Assembly: GCA_964367235.1 (NCBI GenBank)
Contig: CAYIXI010000006.1
Span: 1,269 to 65,268, forward strand
Direction of reading: 5' to 3'
Length of the DNA stretch: 64,000 nucleotides
Source: an uncultured Chitinophagaceae bacterium
Lineage (GTDB): Bacteria; Bacteroidota; Ignavibacteria; UBA10030; UBA8401
Shown: piece after piece, positions 60,445 through 64,000 of the stretch
Layout of the letters: each line of letters starts with the position of its first letter
Position numbering within the stretch: position 1 is the first letter of the stretch
Translations under genes and position numbers: made by a program
Notes under the pieces: model-generated
What the model was told of the DNA's origin: nothing
The model's input: only the letters and a program-made list of their open reading frames with translations
The model's database searches: none

Positions 60445-63400
60445 ATGCCAAAACGCGAAGATATAAAATCTATTTTAATTATTGGAAGCGGACCGATTGT
60501 AATTGGTCAAGCTTGCGAGTTTGATTATTCCGGAACGCAATCCTGCAAAGTTTTACGCGAGGAAGGTTATAGAATTATTCTCATAAATTCTAATCCTGCA
60601 ACAATTATGACTGACCCCGAACTTGCCGATGCAACTTACATCGAACCAATCACTCCGGAGTTTGTCGAATTAATTATTGCAAAAGAAAAACCAGATGCAA
60701 TCTTGCCAACGATGGGTGGACAAACTGCACTTAACATTGCAGTCGCATTAGCAGAGCGAGGTGTATTAGAAAAATATAATGTAAAATTAATCGGAGCAAA
60801 TCTCGAATCAATTAAAAAAGCAGAGGACCGACAACTTTTTCAAAAAACAATGCGCGAAGCGGGACTTGAAATGCCTCGTGGCGGTTTTGTCTACAACACA
60901 ATTGATGCATTAAAAATTGCTGATGAAATTGGTTTTCCAATTATCATTCGTCCAAGTTTTACACTTGGTGGTTCGGGTGGCGGAATTGCATATAATATTG
61001 AAGAGTTAAAAATTTTATCTGAAAATGGAATAAATGCTTCGCCAACTCATGAAATTTTAATTGAAGAATCAATTATTGGATGGAAAGAATTTGAGCTTGA
61101 AGTAATGCGCGACTCAAAAGATAATTGCGTAATAATTTGTTCGATTGAAAATATTGATCCGATGGGAGTGCACACAGGCGACTCGATTACAGTTGCACCG
61201 GCGCAAACTTTAACCGATAAAGAATATCAAAAAATGCGTGATGCCGCAATAAAAGTTATGCGAGCAATTGGTGTTGATACCGGAGGATCGAATGTTCAGT
61301 TTGCAATTAATCCGACGAATGAAAAAATGTATGTGATTGAAATGAATCCGAGAGTTTCGCGAAGTTCCGCGTTGGCATCGAAAGCAACTGGCTTCCCAAT
61401 TGCAAAAATTGCGGCGAAACTTGCAGTTGGCTACACGCTCGATGAAATCCCAAATGATATTACAAAAGTTACCCCAGCAAGTTTTGAACCAACAATTGAT
61501 TACACAGTTGTAAAAATTCCTCGTTGGGATTTTGAAAAATTTGATGGTGTTGATGACAGACTCGGAATTCAAATGAAATCGGTTGGCGAGGTGATGAGTT
61601 TTGGAAGAACTTTTAAAGAGGCATTGCAAAAAGCTTTGCGCTCAATGGAAAATAAAAGATTCGGTTTAGGTTGCGATGGAAAAGATTTATTTGAAATAGA
61701 AAAATTAACAGTAGCAGAAAAAAATAAATTCAAAAAAATTGTAATTGAAAGATTAAGAAGTCCAAAATCTGGAAATATTTTTTATTTGCGATACGCTTTG
61801 CAACTCGGAGTTACGATTGACGAATTATTTTCGATCACAAATATTGACAGATGGTTTTTATCGAACATAAAAGAAATTTTAGATTTTGAAAATCATCTTA
61901 AAGATCAAAAAAATATTTCATCGGCTGATTTATTAAAAGCAAAACAACTCGGATTTTCGGACAGACAATTAGCAAAAATATTTAATAAAGAAGAGAATGA
62001 AATTAGAAATCTGCGAAAAAAAGAAAATATAATTCCTGTTTACAAAACAGTTGATACTTGCGCCGCAGAGTTTGAAGCAAGCACGCCGTATCATTATTCA
62101 ACTTACGAAACTGAAAATGAATCAATCAGAAGCGACAGAAAAAAAATTATAATTCTCGGTGGCGGACCAAATAGAATCGGACAAGGAATTGAGTTTGATT
62201 ATTGCTGTGTTCATGGCGTTATGGCTTTGCGCGAAATGGGTTTTGAAACAATAATGGTAAATTGCAATCCCGAAACTGTTTCGACCGATTACGATACGAC
62301 TGACAAATTATATTTTGAGCCGCTTACTTTGGAAGATGTTTTAAATATTTGCGATTTAGAAAAACCAGATGGAATAATTGTAAGTTTTGGTGGACAAACT
62401 CCGCTGAAACTTGCGAAAGATTTAGAGGCAAATGGTTGGAAAATTTTAGGAACTTCAACCGAAGGAATTGATTTGGCTGAAGATAGAAAACGATTTGGAG
62501 AATTATTACGCAAACATAAAATTCCTGCGCCAGATTTTGGCACAGCAACTTCGATTGATGAAGCAGTAGAAATTGCCGAAAGAATTTCATATCCGATTTT
62601 GGTTAGACCAAGTTATGTTTTAGGTGGACGAGCAATGGTAATTTGTTACACGCGCGATGCCGTGATTGAATATATGAAACGCGCTGTTGATGTTTCACCA
62701 GAGCATCCAGTTTTAATTGATAGATTTTTAGAAAGTGCATCGGAGTTTGATGTCGATGCAATTTGCGATGGTGATGATGTTTTAGTTTGCGGAGTAATGG
62801 AACATATTGAAGAGGCGGGAATTCATTCGGGAGATAGCAGTTGCGTGTTGCCACCATTCGCAATCAGTGATGAAAATTTAAAAAAGATGATTGATTACAC
62901 AAAACAACTTGCGCACGCATTAAATGTCATCGGACTTTTGAATGTTCAGTTTGCAATGCAGGGAGATCAAATTTTTGTGTTGGAAGTAAATCCGAGAGCA
63001 TCGCGTACAGTTCCATTTGTGAGTAAAGCGATAAATATTCCTGTTGCAAAAGTTGCCGCAAAAATAATGGTTGGGAAAAAAATAAAAGAATTAAAACTTG
63101 AAAATTTTGATTTCAGAAAATTAAAACATATTTCAATAAAGGAAGCAGTTTTTCCTTTTTCAAAATTCCCGAAAGTAAAAATGTTTCTCGGACCAGAAAT
63201 GCGATCGACTGGTGAAGTGATGGGAATTTCAAATTCGTTTGGTGAATCAATTGCAAAAGCGCAATTAGGAAGTGGCAGTGGACTTCCAAATAGTGGAGTT
63301 CTTTTTTTAAGCATAAACAATAATGATAAAAATAATCAAACATTGGAAATTGCCAGAAAATTTGTAAATCTTGGTTTCGAATTAATTGGTACAAAAGGAA

Positions 63401-63690
63401 CCGCAGAATTTTTAAATCAAAATGGAATAGTTTCAAAATCAATTTTTAAAGTACAAGAGGGAAGACCAAATATTGTTGATTCAATAAAAAATGGAGAAGT
63501 GCAAATTGTAATAAACACGCCACTTGGCGAAGGGGCGCGTTATGATGAAAACTCTATCGGCTGGGCGGCGGTTCAACATAAAATTCCTTTCATTACAACT
63601 TTATCTGCCGCTGATGCAGTCGTAAAAGGAATAGAGAGCCAGCAAAAAGGAAAATTGACAATTAAAAGTATGCAAGAATATTATTTGTAG
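60445..63690 (+). CDS. carB: Carbamoyl-phosphate synthase large subunit
   Basis: 1081 aa; duplicated ATP-grasp halves ([21 protein letters not shown] and [20 protein letters not shown]) and a C-terminal MGS-like domain. Confidence 0.95.
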   Translation: MPKREDIKSILIIGSGPIVIGQACEFDYSGTQSCKVLREEGYRIILINSNPATIMTDPELADATYIEPITPEFVELIIAKEKPDAILPTMGGQTALNIAVALAERGVLEKYNVKLIGANLESIKKAEDRQLFQKTMREAGLEMPRGGFVYNTIDALKIADEIGFPIIIRPSFTLGGSGGGIAYNIEELKILSENGINASPTHEILIEESIIGWKEFELEVMRDSKDNCVIICSIENIDPMGVHTGDSITVAPAQTLTDKEYQKMRDAAIKVMRAIGVDTGGSNVQFAINPTNEKMYVIEMNPRVSRSSALASKATGFPIAKIAAKLAVGYTLDEIPNDITKVTPASFEPTIDYTVVKIPRWDFEKFDGVDDRLGIQMKSVGEVMSFGRTFKEALQKALRSMENKRFGLGCDGKDLFEIEKLTVAEKNKFKKIVIERLRSPKSGNIFYLRYALQLGVTIDELFSITNIDRWFLSNIKEILDFENHLKDQKNISSADLLKAKQLGFSDRQLAKIFNKEENEIRNLRKKENIIPVYKTVDTCAAEFEASTPYHYSTYETENESIRSDRKKIIILGGGPNRIGQGIEFDYCCVHGVMALREMGFETIMVNCNPETVSTDYDTTDKLYFEPLTLEDVLNICDLEKPDGIIVSFGGQTPLKLAKDLEANGWKILGTSTEGIDLAEDRKRFGELLRKHKIPAPDFGTATSIDEAVEIAERISYPILVRPSYVLGGRAMVICYTRDAVIEYMKRAVDVSPEHPVLIDRFLESASEFDVDAICDGDDVLVCGVMEHIEEAGIHSGDSSCVLPPFAISDENLKKMIDYTKQLAHALNVIGLLNVQFAMQGDQIFVLEVNPRASRTVPFVSKAINIPVAKVAAKIMVGKKIKELKLENFDFRKLKHISIKEAVFPFSKFPKVKMFLGPEMRSTGEVMGISNSFGESIAKAQLGSGSGLPNSGVLFLSINNNDKNNQTLEIARKFVNLGFELIGTKGTAEFLNQNGIVSKSIFKVQEGRPNIVDSIKNGEVQIVINTPLGEGARYDENSIGWAAVQHKIPFITTLSAADAVVKGIESQQKGKLTIKSMQEYYL

Positions 63691-63762
63691 ACTTGATTCA
63701 ATCGAAACCTTTGGCTAAATTTCGGTAGGTTCTTGGATTCATTAAAACTATTACTTTAAGTG

Positions 63763-64000
63763 ATGCGTAAAACTATTATATTTTTGTATTTGATTTTTTT
63801 TGCCTCGACATTATCGAGTCAAGTAAGTGGATTGCAAATAAAGGAAGAGCAAGATTATGCCTTTGGATATGGGCTTTTTCAGGATAAACTATATCAACTT
63901 GCAATCGAGCAATTTGAAAATTTTCAAAAAGAAAACCCAAACAGCAATAAAATTCCCGATGTCTTATTTCTAACTGGCGAAAGCTACTATTATATAGCGG
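63763..64000 (+). CDS. Secreted TPR-like protein, N-terminal fragment (runs off window end)
   Basis: ATG at 63763, signal peptide MRKTIIFLYLIFFASTLSSQ, then a TPR-like helix pattern. Confidence 0.5.
   Translation, partial: MRKTIIFLYLIFFASTLSSQVSGLQIKEEQDYAFGYGLFQDKLYQLAIEQFENFQKENPNSNKIPDVLFLTGESYYYIA

Overview
This is a 64-kb chromosomal window from an AT-rich (roughly one-third GC) Gram-negative bacterium. By inference the gene content and order fit the Fibrobacteres-Chlorobi-Bacteroidetes group, Ignavibacteria/Chlorobi-like: hrcA-grpE-dnaJ without dnaK, a KDO/Lpt lipopolysaccharide cluster, nrfHA, hpnCDE-type squalene genes and AGGA-type ribosome-binding sites. It holds about 65 genes at roughly 90% coding density. 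These are mostly housekeeping genes with tight operon packing; many junctions overlap as ATGA, TAATG or TTGA. The ORF track sometimes starts at TTG or GTG; likely ATG starts are given where I could read them.

Gene content, start to end:
- A truncated SRP RNA at the window edge, then rng-tal-gcvT-comB-ftsK and holA.
- A fused CTP-transferase/DUF92 membrane protein.
- kdsA, an unknown gene, then kdsD-lptC-lptA-lptB.
- ACT-domain DAHP synthase and tyrA.
- On the minus strand: aspC-coaD-rsmD, an unknown gene, comEA, then dnaJ-grpE-hrcA.
- Three-gene squalene synthesis block (two SQS-family genes plus hpnE), a GAF histidine kinase, hflX, a BatA-like vWA membrane protein and tRNA-Leu(TAG).
- fbp, a DnaQ-like exonuclease, a CpoB-like TPR lipoprotein with a 30-bp tandem repeat, nagB, a Tat-signal dipeptide-epimerase-like enolase, and malQ.
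- plsC and msrB.
- paaABCD on the minus strand without paaE, diverging from DUF1801-hbd-yggU.
- Two zinc-ribbon secreted/membrane proteins, hemolysin III and a degenerate hbd paralog.
- hutH directly behind a class II fic gene.
- A DUF4905-like gene translationally coupled to a membrane HdrDE/DsrMK-like Fe-S oxidoreductase.
- ruvB-obg plus an unknown gene, then HU-nrfH-nrfA, carB and the start of a TPR protein.

I saw no rRNA, CRISPR array, transposase, integrase or phage genes, and no clear compositional island. I do not see an unmistakable novel system. The most defensible candidates for something undescribed are:
- the VTE5/VTE6-like fused two-step isoprenoid kinase;
- the unknown gene embedded in the KDO/Lpt operon where kdsC is expected;
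- the zinc-ribbon pair with hemolysin III and the pseudo-hbd;
- the fic-hutH unit with tandem micro-ORFs;
- the DUF4905-HdrDE module.
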